A stretch of 64,000 nt of DNA from NCBI RefSeq assembly GCF_006345805.1, contig NC_043001.1:24862001-24926000 (forward strand), in the 5' to 3' direction. The stretch comes from Octopus sinensis (Eukaryota). Below, in pieces: positions 13,126 through 26,299 of the stretch. Under the pieces are notes generated by a model, which saw nothing but the letters and a program-made list of their open reading frames with translations, searched no databases and was not told where the DNA came from. Made by a program: the position numbers and the translations under genes. Position 1 is the first letter of the stretch. Every line of letters starts with the position of its first letter.

Positions 13126-15535
13126 GTATATGTGTCTATTTTAATATAAAACTTCATTTAATGATAAAATCAGCAACAATCATGGAACAAATTCTTTATA
13201 TTTCCTTGGACATGTCAGTTTTTAATACAATTTCTTTATTTTCCAAAACATATCTTCAAAATGTTTTAGCTTTCATTAATTTGGAAAAACATTAAATCTT
13301 TTGTAGTCCATATAGAATTACTAAAGTATTTCAACAACCATATTAATGCAATTTCGGTCTCAGGAAATGTTTTTAGAATCCTGTAGATTCTTGTCTGTTT
13401 CATTCTGAAATTCTTAATCAGGCCTCAAATATCTTCAGTGTGGATATATTCAAAATGTTGTAGCTGAACTCTAGTCCCATGTTAAAAACGCAGGATAGTC
13501 TTTCAAAACCCAATGTCATTCAGAGAATGGCATTGAATGCTATTTTAATAAAATGTTAATATCTCTATGGCATTTCTTACATTGCTATTTCTAATTTTAT
13601 TTACATTGATTTATCAATAATTACATTTGAAATAATATCATTATCTATTAGCTTGATTCAGGGACTGTTTGCTTCTATTTCTTATCTTAAATTGAAATAG
13701 AATCCAAAATAACTTTACAGAAAATCTCAAAGTATTCTTAAAAACAACAGTACTTTATTTTATTCTACAGTTTTAAACGTTTGTCTTTCATTTCAATTTT
13801 GGTGTATGTCTATATACAGGAGAATGGTAAACTAAATTTAAACTTTGAAATGAGCGAAGTGATGATCTCTTGCCAACAAATTTCCATTCTGAGTAGAAAT
13901 TTATGACTTCACTTTCTAAGTGTAGCTCCTTCTTTCTTTGTGATGTTTTATACTTTTTATATAAGAGAGGGTATTTTATCACTACTTTTCTTTAATTAAT
14001 CTTGCTCTATCTATTTCAATATCAATCAGTTTCATGAAGTCATTCAACTATCATATTCTTTTATTTTATTTTTGTATTAGTTTCAGTATTTGGTCAGTAG
14101 CCATGCTAACACACCACTTTAATGGGTTCTTAGTCGATCAAAGTGGCCCCAATCCTTAATTTAGTTTTGTACTTATTTTATCTGGCTGCTAAGTTACCAT
14201 TTGGAATCAAAACATTTAAGGTTTGTTCGTAACCAGTGGTTTCATGTTCCAAATTCATAAATACTGACACCCCACCCACATATACACATATGCGTATATC
14301 TGCAGTTTCCATTTATTAAATTCTATTGGCAAGATATTGGATAAAAATATTTAATCATTCATTATTTTCTGTCTACATTTTATGTTAGCACCTACTGAAT
14401 GATACTTAAATTATAAGGCATTTACATTATCCAAAGTCACTTGTGATATGTGACATACTGGCATTAGTTTCATTGACAAAAGCAAGTAAAATATTTCTGA
14501 CAAGGATCTTTACTGCTGAAATGCAATGTCTGTAATGATCCAAAATGACAAATAATCACAGCAAATGATTACATAGTATTTTAACTTTTAAAAGTAAAGA
14601 CAAACCAAATGGAAATTCATTTCTCTGAAGGATAAATTGAAGCAAAATACATGCATAACATAAGATTTAAACCAGACATGGACAACATTTTTTGAAAGGC
14701 AGGCCACATGAGACATTGCTCATCATCAAGTGAGCCATTCTTCTAAAAAAATTCAAAGTAATTTTTTTATTGGCATGTCAATCAGAAAGTCCTGTGGGCT
14801 GCAGTTTGCTCGTGATTTAAACTCCAGAAAAGAATGTAACTAGAACTGGAAAAGTCAATGCTGCAAACCTACCAATGTGGTAAAAAATGTAAAATTATTG
14901 AGGATAAATTGAGAAAATGTTTTAGAAGAAAATGACATTTCTATTCTGTTGCAACACAGGTGTTTCAAAATTGAAATCAAATTTGGTAAAACATTATTTC
15001 GCTTCCTTTCAGCAAACTTTTCCTTCTGAAAGTGTTTTTTGCTTCTACAAAATTGGAAGATTTACACAACCAAATTTAAATTACATTTTTTTGAGAATAT
15101 CGTTAAGCATAATTTCAAGAAAACAATATCCTTTGTTTTGGGGTTTTTTTCCCAAAAATTAGACAATTTTTTTTTAATTTCAGGTAAAATAAATTACTAT
15201 TGAAATATGATGGAATTACCTTAGATCATTACTGACGAAGTATCATTTATATTGTATCACCTCTAGTCTTATAATCATGTAATTATTCCTTTGATACAAC
15301 TACTGGTTGGCTTATAATTAAATGATATTTGCTATTATCATTTCACTATGAAAAGTATGTTATAATTAACATACTGCTACTAATTAAAATACTTCTACAA
15401 ATAATATATACACATCCCATTACAATTAATTATCTACCAATGATCATTTATAGCATGATATTCCTGATATGAAATCACAAAAACGCTCTTAAAATCTTGA
15501 TGTTTTATCATAATATACTCTCTTGATATCAACAG

Positions 15536-15586
15536 AAGCACCTACATCGAAGCAAAAAGAAAAATTCCCCAGAAAGAAAGATGAAG
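15536..15586 (+). CDS. Candidate 51-nt symmetric exon (unverified)
   Basis: Acceptor ctctcttgatatcaacag, strong donor AAG|gtatgt; phase-1 reading (E)APTSKQKEKFPRKKDE. Confidence 0.3.
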
Positions 15587-16606
15587 GTATGTAAGTCTGC
15601 CCAGCTGCAGCATCGATGCATCATGTTTTTAATCCTGGTTGTATTTTGCTTTCCTTTCAAATAGCTTTTGGCTTGGGTTTGGTAATTTTTCATTTTTTTT
15701 TTTGTTTCTTTGTAACATTTTTTCTCAACCCATGTAGTATGGTTTCTTACATTTTTTTTTTTTTTTTTTCAATGGTGGTGGTAATGGTGTTTGAATCCAA
15801 CAACTTAGAAGTTTTCTACTAATAGCATTGGCATGAACAAACTAGAGTGCTTGCTGGAAAAGACTAACCATTTAGTTTCTCTTTTATTTCTTTGTTTTAC
15901 ATGTGTTTAGAAGCTCGTCATTTTGCAGTAGGTTTAGTCTCCGCTTTTCCTTTAGAAACTAGTCTGTCATGTTTTCTTCTCCATTCCAAAAACCATTATG
16001 ATCATGCTACATCCCAATATCGGTTACATATTATCACTTGTCATTGCAGTTATGCTCTTTTTAGTTTGACCAAAAAAAGGACCCTCATGGGTCTAGAAAA
16101 GGTGGATGTCTGAAATTTGTACTTAGTAGTTTAACTAATATTAGTCTTTTGAAAAGTTATGTGTGTTTATGTGTACCTATGAGTGTGTATGTAATGTATT
16201 ATATATATATACATATACATATATGCATATGCGTGAATGTAAGTGTGTCTGTATAAGTATGTGATGTTTTGGTTTAGCCATTTTGGCGTCCCTCATTTGG
16301 TGTCGCTGATTTGATGCTGACTTACTTGACATCAACCGTTTTAATGTTGTTTCTCTCCCTGTTTCTCTTTGTTTATGTATGTGAACATCTAATTATGTTT
16401 GTACATATGTGTAATGTTTCTCTTTCTCTCTCTCTTACTCTCTATCTGTATGTGTGTATTCCTGCATGTGCCTGTGCAGATGGGTGCCTCCAGTGTCAAA
16501 ACATACTGCTGTCAAAACATATTGAATGGCCAAACAGCAGCTACACCCAATCATCTCATTCTGTATGTGTGTATGTAAATGTATATATTTAGAATGTAGC
16601 TTGTCA

Positions 16607-16730
16607 TGGCCAGTCAAAGAGCAACCATTAGTTTCACACCTATAAAGTGCTCATAGGCAACTCATAGGAGTTGCCTATACAGCTACATACCTTATATGTG
16701 TGAAACCAATGGTTGCTCTCTGACTGACCA
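16607..16730. mobile_element. Fold-back MITE, about 124 bp
   Basis: About 33-bp inverted termini (tggccagtcaaagagcaaccattagtttcacac / gtgtgaaaccaatggttgctctctgactgacca) and a central perfect 11-bp stem ataggcaactc-atag-gagttgcctat; followed by TA. Confidence 0.75.
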
Positions 16731-16880
16731 TAATAAATAACCTTCTAAATATATTACTGCTCTAATTTCTTAGAGTGTGCTTCATTTTCAGATTTATGAA
16801 CTACTGATAATGTATGTGTGTGTGTGTGAATAAATATATATGTGTGTGTGAATAAATATATATATGTGTGTGTGTGTGTA

Positions 16881-17704
16881 GTCTGATCAATAAGTATCCA
16901 GACTGTTGCCATAGTAAGGAAGCTAAAGCACCAGAGGAAAGCAGCTTGGCACAGATTGACCTTGAACATTCTAGCTCACTTCCACCATTTACAGCAGTGT
17001 CTGGAAGGAAAGTGTGTTGTGTGTAATCATCACAGTAACCATGACAGAGAAAGTTGAGAAGAGAATCTGCATCAAATTTTGCCAAAAGCTTGGTGATACC
17101 TGTTCAGAAGCGTACACAAAGTTTTCAAAAAGTTTTCATTGTTCTTGACACAATCAAGGAGATCATGTGCAACTGAAATTTGAGTGTCTTTTTGGTCAGC
17201 TGAAAGCAGTTTTGGCACAAACTTGGCAGACATGCGTCTCATACCAAAATCTTCAGTGATAATGGACTGAACTGTAACTAATCTGCACATCCACTGATAA
17301 CTCACGGATGGTGATCTGACGATTTCTCCTCACAGCTGCATGCACATCTATGATGTTTTTCTCAGTTCTACTTGTTGCAGGTCTCCCAGAATGTTCGTAA
17401 ATATCAACATTTTTCTGCCATCTTGGAAACGTCTGAACCACTCATACACTCATGTGTGGCTCATACACTCCTCTCTATACACTGTCTGCAACATTGCATA
17501 GGCCTCTGAGCAGGTATCGCCATAATAACTTTCTCTGTCATGGTCAATGCTATGATCACACGCTACACACCTTCCTTCCAAGCACTGCTGTAAACTTAGT
17601 GCACATGCACAGCAGAGTTCAAGGTCAATCTGTGCCAAGCAGCTTTATTCTGGGTACTTCAGCTTTGTTACTATGGCAACAGTCCGGATACTTATTGATC
17701 AGAC
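16881..17704. mobile_element. Non-autonomous fold-back mariner made of two 5' halves
   Basis: 37-bp inverted termini (16881-16917 and 17668-17704, one mismatch). The + arm encodes MTEKVEKRICIKFCQKLGDTCSEAY from 17041; the - arm encodes a frameshifted transposase N-terminus from 17541 (...EHSGRPATSRTE...ITIRELS...MRRMSAKFVPKLLS...ENFLK). Confidence 0.9.
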
Positions 17705-18074
17705 CTCTTATAATGTATGTATGTGTTTATACGTGTATGTGAGTATGTTTGTATAAGTGTATTATCATGTATGAATGTGTTTATGTATGCCTGTGTGTGT
17801 GGCATGTATTGAAACAGTAACAATCACATACGTATATAAATGTAATTTTTTTTTTCAATAAGTCGTTATTATTACTGATGAAATGAATTTTCAAACTTTT
17901 AACCAAATATTTTTTTTGTTTCGTAAACCTACATTTTGAAAATTAAGAAAACTGCAAATATAAAAAGCCTGCACAAGTAGCACTGGCTGAGAATCCAGTA
18001 AATAAATCTGGTCTTTTGCTCGGTAAAATGCAGGAGTTTAATTATGACTCAAGTTGACATACATATGATCGTAA

Positions 18075-18309
18075 AGGTGGCGAGCTGGCAGAAACGTTAG
18101 CACACCGGGCGAAATGCTTAGCAGTATTTCGTCTGCTGTTACGTTCTGAGTTCAAATTCCGCCAAGGTCAACTTTACCTTTCATCCTTTTGGGGTCGATT
18201 AAATAAGTACCAGTTACGCACTGTGATCGATATAATTGACTTAATTCATTTGTCTGTCCTTGTTTGTCCCTTCTGTGTTTAGCCCCTTGTGGGTTGTAAA
18301 GAAATAAAT
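18075..18309 (+). mobile_element. tRNA-derived SINE A1, full length
   Basis: ggtggcgagctggcagaaacgttagc head, B box gagttcaaattcc and tail ...ccccttgtgggttgtaaagaaata; matches 26300, 21070 and 40070. Confidence 0.9.
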
Positions 18310-19334
18310 ATGTATTATGTGGTCATAGTTTGTTGGTTAAGAGCATTGAAACCCTGCATCAAATACGGATTCATAATCTTAATCACAGCAAATGTACAGA
18401 GACATTTGGTATATATGACCCCTTTCTATGAATTTAGTTCAAATCATTCATAACAAATGTTGGAATAATTTGATGCGCTTTATTCCACTGTATGAAATAT
18501 TCATATTACATTTTGCCAACACAAAACATTAGTTTTGCTACATTCTGTTGTTTTTACTATACAAAACAAAGTGTTTTAATGACACAAAATGGAAAGTCAA
18601 AAATAATTCTGTTACTAATGATGGTTTATGTAATTATACGTATGGCCGCAGCTCTGAGCTGAAACTGAAAAAAAAAAAATTTGTATTGTGAAAACTTACT
18701 GTATCCTAGTTTAGTGATCTGTTTGGATTAGTCATTCTCTAGGACTGGCTGTGTATTCCAATAATTTAGTACCACAAGAACTAGGAAAAAATATTTTTTT
18801 TAAAAAGAAGCCCAGTGAGCTGTCATCCTATGGTTTAAGTTTTAAAACCAAAATGTGTGTGTGTGTGTGTGTGTGATAGCTCTATCATAGAGCAAACAAG
18901 AAATCAATAACATGTTTTAAATTTTAATCATCTTTTCTGTTATCTCTTTTCTTTTTCTGTGAATTTCTACTGAATCTATTTGTAGATCAATGATATTTAT
19001 GTCTTTCTATGTTTTGTCTTTCTGTATGTCTGATTGCCTGTTTCTTCCTTTCTTCCTCTATTTCCACTTCCTTCTTGCCTATGACTGTTCTAAACCCAGT
19101 TTCTAGAAACTGGTATCTTTGAACATTTAATAATGGCACCACATAGAAATCTTGTGAGCACAAAATCCACAATTAGTAGCATTGACCCACATCTACATAG
19201 ATACATGTTTACAAACGGTATTATAAAAATCAAATATCAAAGCACTTTATGCAACTGAGGTGCATGATGTTGAGTTGTGCACAATTATGCCAGAAACCCA
19301 TGCGATACTATGAAATACTATCATTTGTGCCAGT

Positions 19335-19547
19335 GGCACGTAAAAAGCACCAACCAATCATGGCCGTTGCCAGCCTTGCCTGGCATGTAAAAAGCACCCA
19401 CTACACTCACAGAGTGGTTGGCATTAGGAAGGGCATCCAGCTGTAGAAACACTGCCTGGTGCAGCCTCCTGGCTTCCCAGACCCCTGTCAAACCGTCAAA
19501 CCGTCAAACCCATGCTAGCATGGAAAACGGACGTTAAACAATGATGA
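19335..19547 (+). mobile_element. RTE-type 3'-end element (label C)
   Basis: ggttggcattaggaagggcatccagctgtagaaac ... catgctagcatggaaaacggacgttaaac-atgatga. Confidence 0.8.
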
Positions 19548-20245
19548 AAAATTATGATAGTAACTTGGGCTAAAAGGGAAAACAAAACTTGGCTTTCTGC
19601 TTCCCAGAAACCTCACATGTTTGGATCACTTTAAAAGCACTCTGTTGGTGATAAGGACAGTATGCAGATGTATAGGAAATGCCTAGTGAAGAAGATGCAT
19701 ACTGAATCAATTGACACCCAGGTGAAAAAAAAAAAAGTGAGCTTTGTTCCCTAGAGTCAAACCAGTCTAGCCCAAGGTCAAAACACTTGCTAATGGTTTG
19801 ATCCTATCCCAAAACACAATCATGAGGACTCCCTGAAGCAGGATAATTCCAAACAATGGCTCTTCATGTTTTCTATTTTTATCTGGTAAAGTTAAAATAA
19901 GGCAAAAATGGACTAGGGAGGAAAACACGGATGTTCTAGGGGTCTATTACACTGCAATATATGCTCCACCAATAGATCTAATATGGAACAAAAGTACTTA
20001 AACTGAAGAGAGAGAAAACCCCTACCAATAAATTGACTAATGTTTGCAGGAACATTATAAAGAATAAACTGTTGTCTTGGAATAATATAGAAGGTAAATA
20101 CAACAATGAAATCCCTCTTGAATGAAAAATGATGTGGATCTTACCTCACTGAATAATCCACACTATGCTGCTGCTTCAATAACAACGGCACTGCATAGAA
20201 TTCGAATAAAGAGAAAAACTAAACATATAAACAGGAAACTAGCAT

Positions 20246-20781
<536 letters not shown>

Positions 20782-21069
20782 GACAACGGACATTTAAAAA
20801 ATAAAATTAATGTACTCCGTTCTGAAACTGAAATACTTAAAAATATCGAAAGCAAACAAAATGTTAAGATAACAAAAATTATGATGTATAAAGAGAACAC
20901 AAAAAAAGGGTAATTGAAAATCAATGAAGTAATCAAGAAAAGTCAAGCAAATTGTTCAGGCTCAAGTGGCACATTTAAGGTGGTTCAAGAAAAAAATCAA
21001 AGTCCCTCAAGGATAACAGTATGTTCTGAAACAATCTTAAAAACTTCTATTGAAAAATCGCAAAAACTT

Positions 21070-21300
21070 ATATCTTTACTGCCCACAAGGGGCTACACAG
21101 AGGGGACAAACAAGGACAGACAAATGGATTAAATCGATTATATCGACCCCAGTGCATAACTGGTACTTATTTAATCGACCCCGAAAGGATGAAAGGCAAA
21201 GTCGACCTTGGCGGAATTTGAACTCAGAACATAGCGGCAGACGAAATACTGCAAAGCATTTCGCCTGGCGTGCTAACGTTTCTGCCAGCTCATCGCCTTA
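21070..21300 (-). mobile_element. SINE A1 nested in the R4-like relic
   Basis: Reverse complement of the 18075 copy, CpG-rich. Confidence 0.9.
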
Positions 21301-21650
21301 TGGACATACTGCAAAAGTTTTGGAAATCAATCGAAGAATATAATCATAAAGCTCCTGGGTTCATCAGCAAATCAGAGACCTTGAATGCATTAAAGAGCAA
21401 ATATGGAAAAGATCTCAGAACTGAGAAAAATCTAATAGATGGACATCACTTGGACAAGATAGAATCTCTAAAATCTGGCTAAATACTCTCTGTGAATCCT
21501 GTGAGAAAGTGATCGATCAGTACAACATTATGCATGGCCCTGAGAAAATCCCTCCTTGGCTGGTAAATGGAGTAACTTACTACCCAAAAGTGATGAAACT
21601 AATTACCCTGCGCCCCTCCCCACACAAAAGCTACCTACCAATAACATGCC

Positions 21651-21964
21651 TTATTCACATGATCACGTGACTGACCAGGCTATCAGATGTTGCTACACAT
21701 CACTGGTCACAATGCGCTCCGCATTGTTTTAGCCTTCAAATGACGCCATCCCACTGGCTAAGGGAGCAGGCCAACAGAAGAAAGAGTGAGAGAAAGTTGT
21801 GGTGAGAGAGTACAGCAGGGATCACCACCATCCCCTGCCGGAGCCTCGTGGAGCTTTAAGTGTTTTTGCTCAGTAAACACTCACAACGCCCGGTCTGGGA
21901 ATCGAAACTGTGATCCTACAATCGCGAATCCGCTGCCCTAACCACTGGGCCATTGTGCCTCCAC
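21651..21964 (-). mobile_element. tRNA-derived SINE, family E (tail type 1)
   Basis: Head ggaggcacaatggcccagtggttagggcagcgg...gtttcgattcccagaccgggcgttgtg; body shared with the 22245 and 31920 copies. Confidence 0.85.
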
Positions 21965-22244
21965 AACATGCTTTATTACTATGTTTAAAATACTAACATC
22001 CATTATTACAGAATACAGATATACCGATGGATAATAAAATATTCCCAAGCAAAAAAGGCGTAAACATAACATATATGGGTGCAAGCACCAACTTTCAATT
22101 AATAAAATGATTCTAGAGGATTGCAATAAATAACACAAAAATATTTTCATTCTGTGACTGATTACAAAAAGGTATTTAATGACCTTCCATATAGTTGGAT
22201 TGAGAAATGTTTGGAAATCTATAAAATCTTTTTTTGCAATTTTT

Positions 22245-22476
22245 TGCCCTTTTCAAACCTAGCCAGGCTCATGGGCCCGGTTTCTATGGCCTATGTGTTC
22301 CCTCCCAGCTAGACAGGATGCCAGTCCATCGCAGCATTGCTCAAGAAACAGGAAGAAAGAGTGAGAGAAAGTTGGGGGCGAAAGAATACAACAGGGGTCG
22401 CCACCACCCCCTGCCGGAGCATCGTGGAGCTTTAGGTGTTTTCGCTCAATAAACACACACAACGCCCGGTCTGAGA
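22245..22476 (-). mobile_element. 5'-truncated chimeric SINE: E body with D tail
   Basis: 22345-22476 matches the E body; 22245-22345 matches the 3' part of the D copy at 38611 (gcgatggactggcatcctgtc...gggcccatgagcctggctaggtttgaaaagggc). Confidence 0.8.
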
Positions 22477-23048
22477 ATATTACTGTCTTTTGAATGATTA
22501 GAAACCATGGTTTATATATAAACCTATTGTTTTATGAATATTATTATTCACAACAAATATTAGGTATTTCATTGGATGATACCATCCCTTAATGAAGCTC
22601 ATTTAACCTCATTTACCAGTTACTCATTGGATGATACTATCCCTTAATTAGGCTCATTTAACCTTAATTGAATTCGTATTTATATAAACACATCCCAGCT
22701 ACAAACCGTTGCCAATTAGTTACTTATCTGTGGTAAAGTGCCCTTAATTATAAGTTCTTGTTTCTGTTTAATGGTTTATTGTGGCTATTTCTGGCTTCAT
22801 AAAATGATTATATAAATAGTCAATTCTTAGAAATATTATATGATTGTTGTTACAAACTACAAAATTAATCAATTAGTGATGACAAAAGAGAGAAAAAAGT
22901 AATACTAAAATACATTCAGTTTCTCTGTGGTTTACCACCACTAAAACTTTGTTACCACTTGTTTTTTGAAATGTGACAGCTGTTAAATCAACTATAGATT
23001 ATAGGTTGTACTTTTATATACATACATTTTATATATATATATATATAT

Positions 23049-23390
23049 ATCATCATCATCATCATCGTTTAACGTCTGTTTTCCATGCTAGCATGGGTTG
23101 GATGGTTCGATTGGGGTCTGAGAAGCCAGGAGGCTGCACCAGGCTCCAGTCTGATCTGGCAATGTTTCTACAGCTGAATGCCCTTCCTAACGCCAACCAC
23201 TCCGTGAGTGTAGTGGGTGCTTTTTATGTGCCACCGGCACAGGTGCCAGACGAGTCTGGCAAACGGCCACGATCGGATGGTGCTTTTTATGTGCCACCGG
23301 CACAGGAGCCAGGCAAGGCAGTGCTGGCATCACCCACATTTGGGTGGTGCTTTTTACGTGTCACCAGCACGGGTATCATAACTACAATTT
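23049..23390 (-). mobile_element. RTE-type 3'-end element (label C), left arm of an inverted pair
   Basis: (cat)n tail followed by the family sequence. Confidence 0.85.
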
Positions 23391-23409
23391 CCATATACAT
23401 ATATATATA

Positions 23410-23451
<42 letters not shown>

Positions 23452-23469
23452 TATACATATATATATATA

Positions 23470-23745
23470 ACACCGCCTTGGCTGGCTTCCGTGCCAGTGG
23501 CACGTTAAAAGCTCCAACCGATCATGGCCGATGCCGGAGCCCCCTGGCACCTGTGCAGGTGGCACGTAAAAAGCACCCACTACACTCGCGGAGTGGTTGG
23601 CGTTAGGAAGGGCATCCAGCTGTAGAAACTCTGCCAGATCAGACTGGAGCCTGGTGCAGCCCCTGGCTTCCCAGACCCCGGTCGAACCGTCCAACCCATG
23701 CTAGTGTGGAAAACAGATGTTAAACGATGATGATGATGATGATGA
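23470..23745 (+). mobile_element. RTE-type 3'-end element (label C), right arm of an inverted pair
   Basis: Family sequence ending in (gat)n. Confidence 0.85.
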
Positions 23746-24490
23746 TATATATATATGGACAGATGAATAGATATTCACATATACATACATACATACAGAC
23801 AGACAGATAGAGAGGAAGAGAGAGAGTCAAACAGATAGGCAGAGACAGAGAAGGCAGAAATGCAGAAATTTCACAAATAGATCATAAGTTAATTACTTTA
23901 AATAGCTGTTACATTAGGAACAAACATCATTAATTCTATAGTTATGTAATTTTGATATATAATTAATATGAATTAATTTAAATCGAATTAATTTGACACA
24001 ATGCTTATGCCAAATCATCAGAATGGACCATTGCTAGTATTTAAACCAGCAATGGCTTATAGCTAGCATAGTTGGTATTATTCTTGATGATTTGGGATAA
24101 ACATTGATTTAATATTAATCATATATATATTAGGTAATTATAGAATTAATAATGTTTACCTGTAATAAAGCTTTTAAGGAATGTAATTAAGATTCATCTG
24201 AAACTTATGCTTTCCTGCCTTTTATTATAAATATTCATTGCTCTTAAGGATTATTTTAGCTGATTGTGTATATACATTCCAGTTGGTTCCACTTGGATTT
24301 ACCATGCAATAACTTATTATTAATGGAGCTCTTGACTACCATGTGTGTGTGTGTATATATATATATATATTATATATATATATATATATATAAGGAAAAG
24401 TTCAATTATCTCCATTAGTACAGTTCTATATTTGAGAGATGAGGAATTATGTACATTTGACGGATATTTGTCCTCATCTTGTTTGTTGTT

Positions 24491-24536
24491 AACACAACAT
24501 TTCGGCTGATATACTCTCCAGCCTTCATCAGGTGTC
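24491..24536 (-). ncRNA. Minimal type I hammerhead ribozyme motif, core intact
   Basis: Minus strand: gacac-CTGATGA-a-ggctgg agagtata tcagcc-GAAA-tgtt-gtgtt. Stem I gacac/gtgtt, stem II ggctg/cagcc, loopless stem III, GUU cleavage triplet. Confidence 0.7.
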
Positions 24537-24591
24537 TTGTGGAAATTTCAAACCTGGGTTCTCATTCCTAAGGTATTTTTCGATGTTGTTG

Positions 24592-24673
<82 letters not shown>

Positions 24674-24710
24674 TTATCATTATGATTATTAATATTTGAA
24701 ATTTCCACAA

Positions 24711-24756
24711 GATACCTGATGAAGACTGGAGAGTATATCAGCCAAAACGTTGTGTT
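24711..24756 (+). ncRNA. Minimal hammerhead motif, core G12 mutated
   Basis: gatac-CTGATGA-agactggagagtatatcagcc-AAAA-cgtt-gtgtt; G12 to A, but the palindromic aacgtt stem III is retained. Confidence 0.55.
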
Positions 24757-25704
24757 AACAACAAACAAGATGAGGACAAATATCCATCAAATGTAAATAA
24801 TGTATCTCTTAATGTGACTGATGTGCAGGGTAGCCTCTTCGTTGCTAGAAATAGGAGTGAAAAACCTTTATTGTCACAAAAAAGCGCGTTTATACACTGA
24901 CAGGGAAGATAACCATCCCACAGCAAATGAGATCATACTAATATAGCTTAAAATTAGCTTTAAAAAGTCATCAGTAGTGACTAACCATCTCTGGATGGTT
25001 TGGCTAAATTCTGACTGTCAGTATATAGTATCTACTGTATGGATCAATGACTGATTCAGCAAAATGGTAATGTCAAAATAAGACAGCTATATGCGGTATA
25101 AAACCAAAACGTTTATATTGTATATACCCACCTTCATAATTATATATATATATATATATGTTTTAAACATCATCTCTTTTCATATGGATATATATCAGCA
25201 GCAGCATTGAATGTTGGTTTTCCATGCTGGAATGAGTTGAACCATCTGACAGGATCCAGCAAGCAGCAGGGCTCCATTGAGCTCCAGTTGCAGTTTCAAA
25301 TATGAATATAGATAAAAACTTGCCTGCAGACAAGAGCTTCTCATTCTGCATTAGATGAATAGAGTTTTCCATAAAAGTAATCTATTTATAATCTTTATAT
25401 ATAAAAAAATATTTATCTGACATTATTAACAGCTGCAGATGATAGACCTGGAGACAGTCATCAAAATATGTTGCTTGCAACAAATATGTAGCCTGGTTCA
25501 TCTCACTGTTAATACATACCCCAAGTTTGTATTCACTGTTGTAAGCTGGTGCAGCATCATAAACCTGGCAAATGTTTCACTGGTTTTCAATATTAAATTC
25601 CTGTTTAGGCTGTGGTCAGAAGAAATGTTGGTTACATTCATCTCATCCGAAATATCCAAGTGTAATATTGTCAATAGTTTCAATGCTCAGGCATTAAACT
25701 CTGA

Positions 25705-26053
25705 CCAATGCTAGGTCACTGCCTTGAAGAATTTTTAGAACTTTTTTTCCTTTAAGCCTGGTCCGTATTCTATCGACTTCTTTTTCCAAACCACTTAGTT
25801 ACAGGACATAAATACATCAACACTGGTTGTCAAGCAGTAGTGGGTGACAAACGCTGACACAAAGACACACACACACACACATATATACGATGAGCTGCTT
25901 TCAGTTTTTGTGTATCAAATCCTTTCAAAAGGCTTTGGTCAGCTCAGAGCCACAGTAGATGACACTTGCTCAAGGTGAGACTTGGCTGCAGTGCGATTGA
26001 ACCTGGAACCATGTGTTTGGGAAACAAGCCTCTTACCACAACCACACCTGCCT
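25705..26053 (-). mobile_element. Degenerate SINE B
   Basis: Reverse complement of family B head and body, diverged. Confidence 0.75.
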
Positions 26054-26299
26054 GGAGGGCTTTGTGGATTATATCAATCCCAAATCCTTATTTTATCAGT
26101 CTCTTTTTGTTACATCACTAAGTTACGGGACATAAATGGACATAATATAAACGCAGATATGAACACTCATACATGCATACTCATAAATAACAGGCTTTTA
26201 CACAGTTTCCATCTACCAAATTTTTATTTATAAGGCATTGGTCATTCTAACAGTAGAAGACATTTAATCAAGGTGTCACTTCATGGTATTAAAGCTGAA

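Larger units (their letters stand above)
24446..24801. mobile_element. Fold-back element, probably Penelope-like (PLE)-derived, with about 105-bp inverted arms around (ATT)n
   Basis: Arms 24446-24552 and 24695-24801 are reverse complements with a few mismatches; each contains a ctgatga...(g/a)aaa hammerhead-like motif. Confidence 0.75.

Noticed and set aside
13126-13600. Apparent single-frame pseudogene continuing from the 13016 candidate exon
   Set aside because: About 11 stops in under 200 codons is close to the random expectation for this AT content.
22973-23694. 165 and 93 aa ORFs with similar GCTRLQSDLA peptides
   Set aside because: They read through label-C repeat copies; the similarity is due to the repeat.
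25400-25690. Minus frame of about 95 codons interrupted only by TGA (possible selenoprotein or readthrough)
   Set aside because: A few such frames are expected by chance in 64 kb; no recognisable selenoprotein motif or SECIS; overlapping frames on both strands are similarly open.
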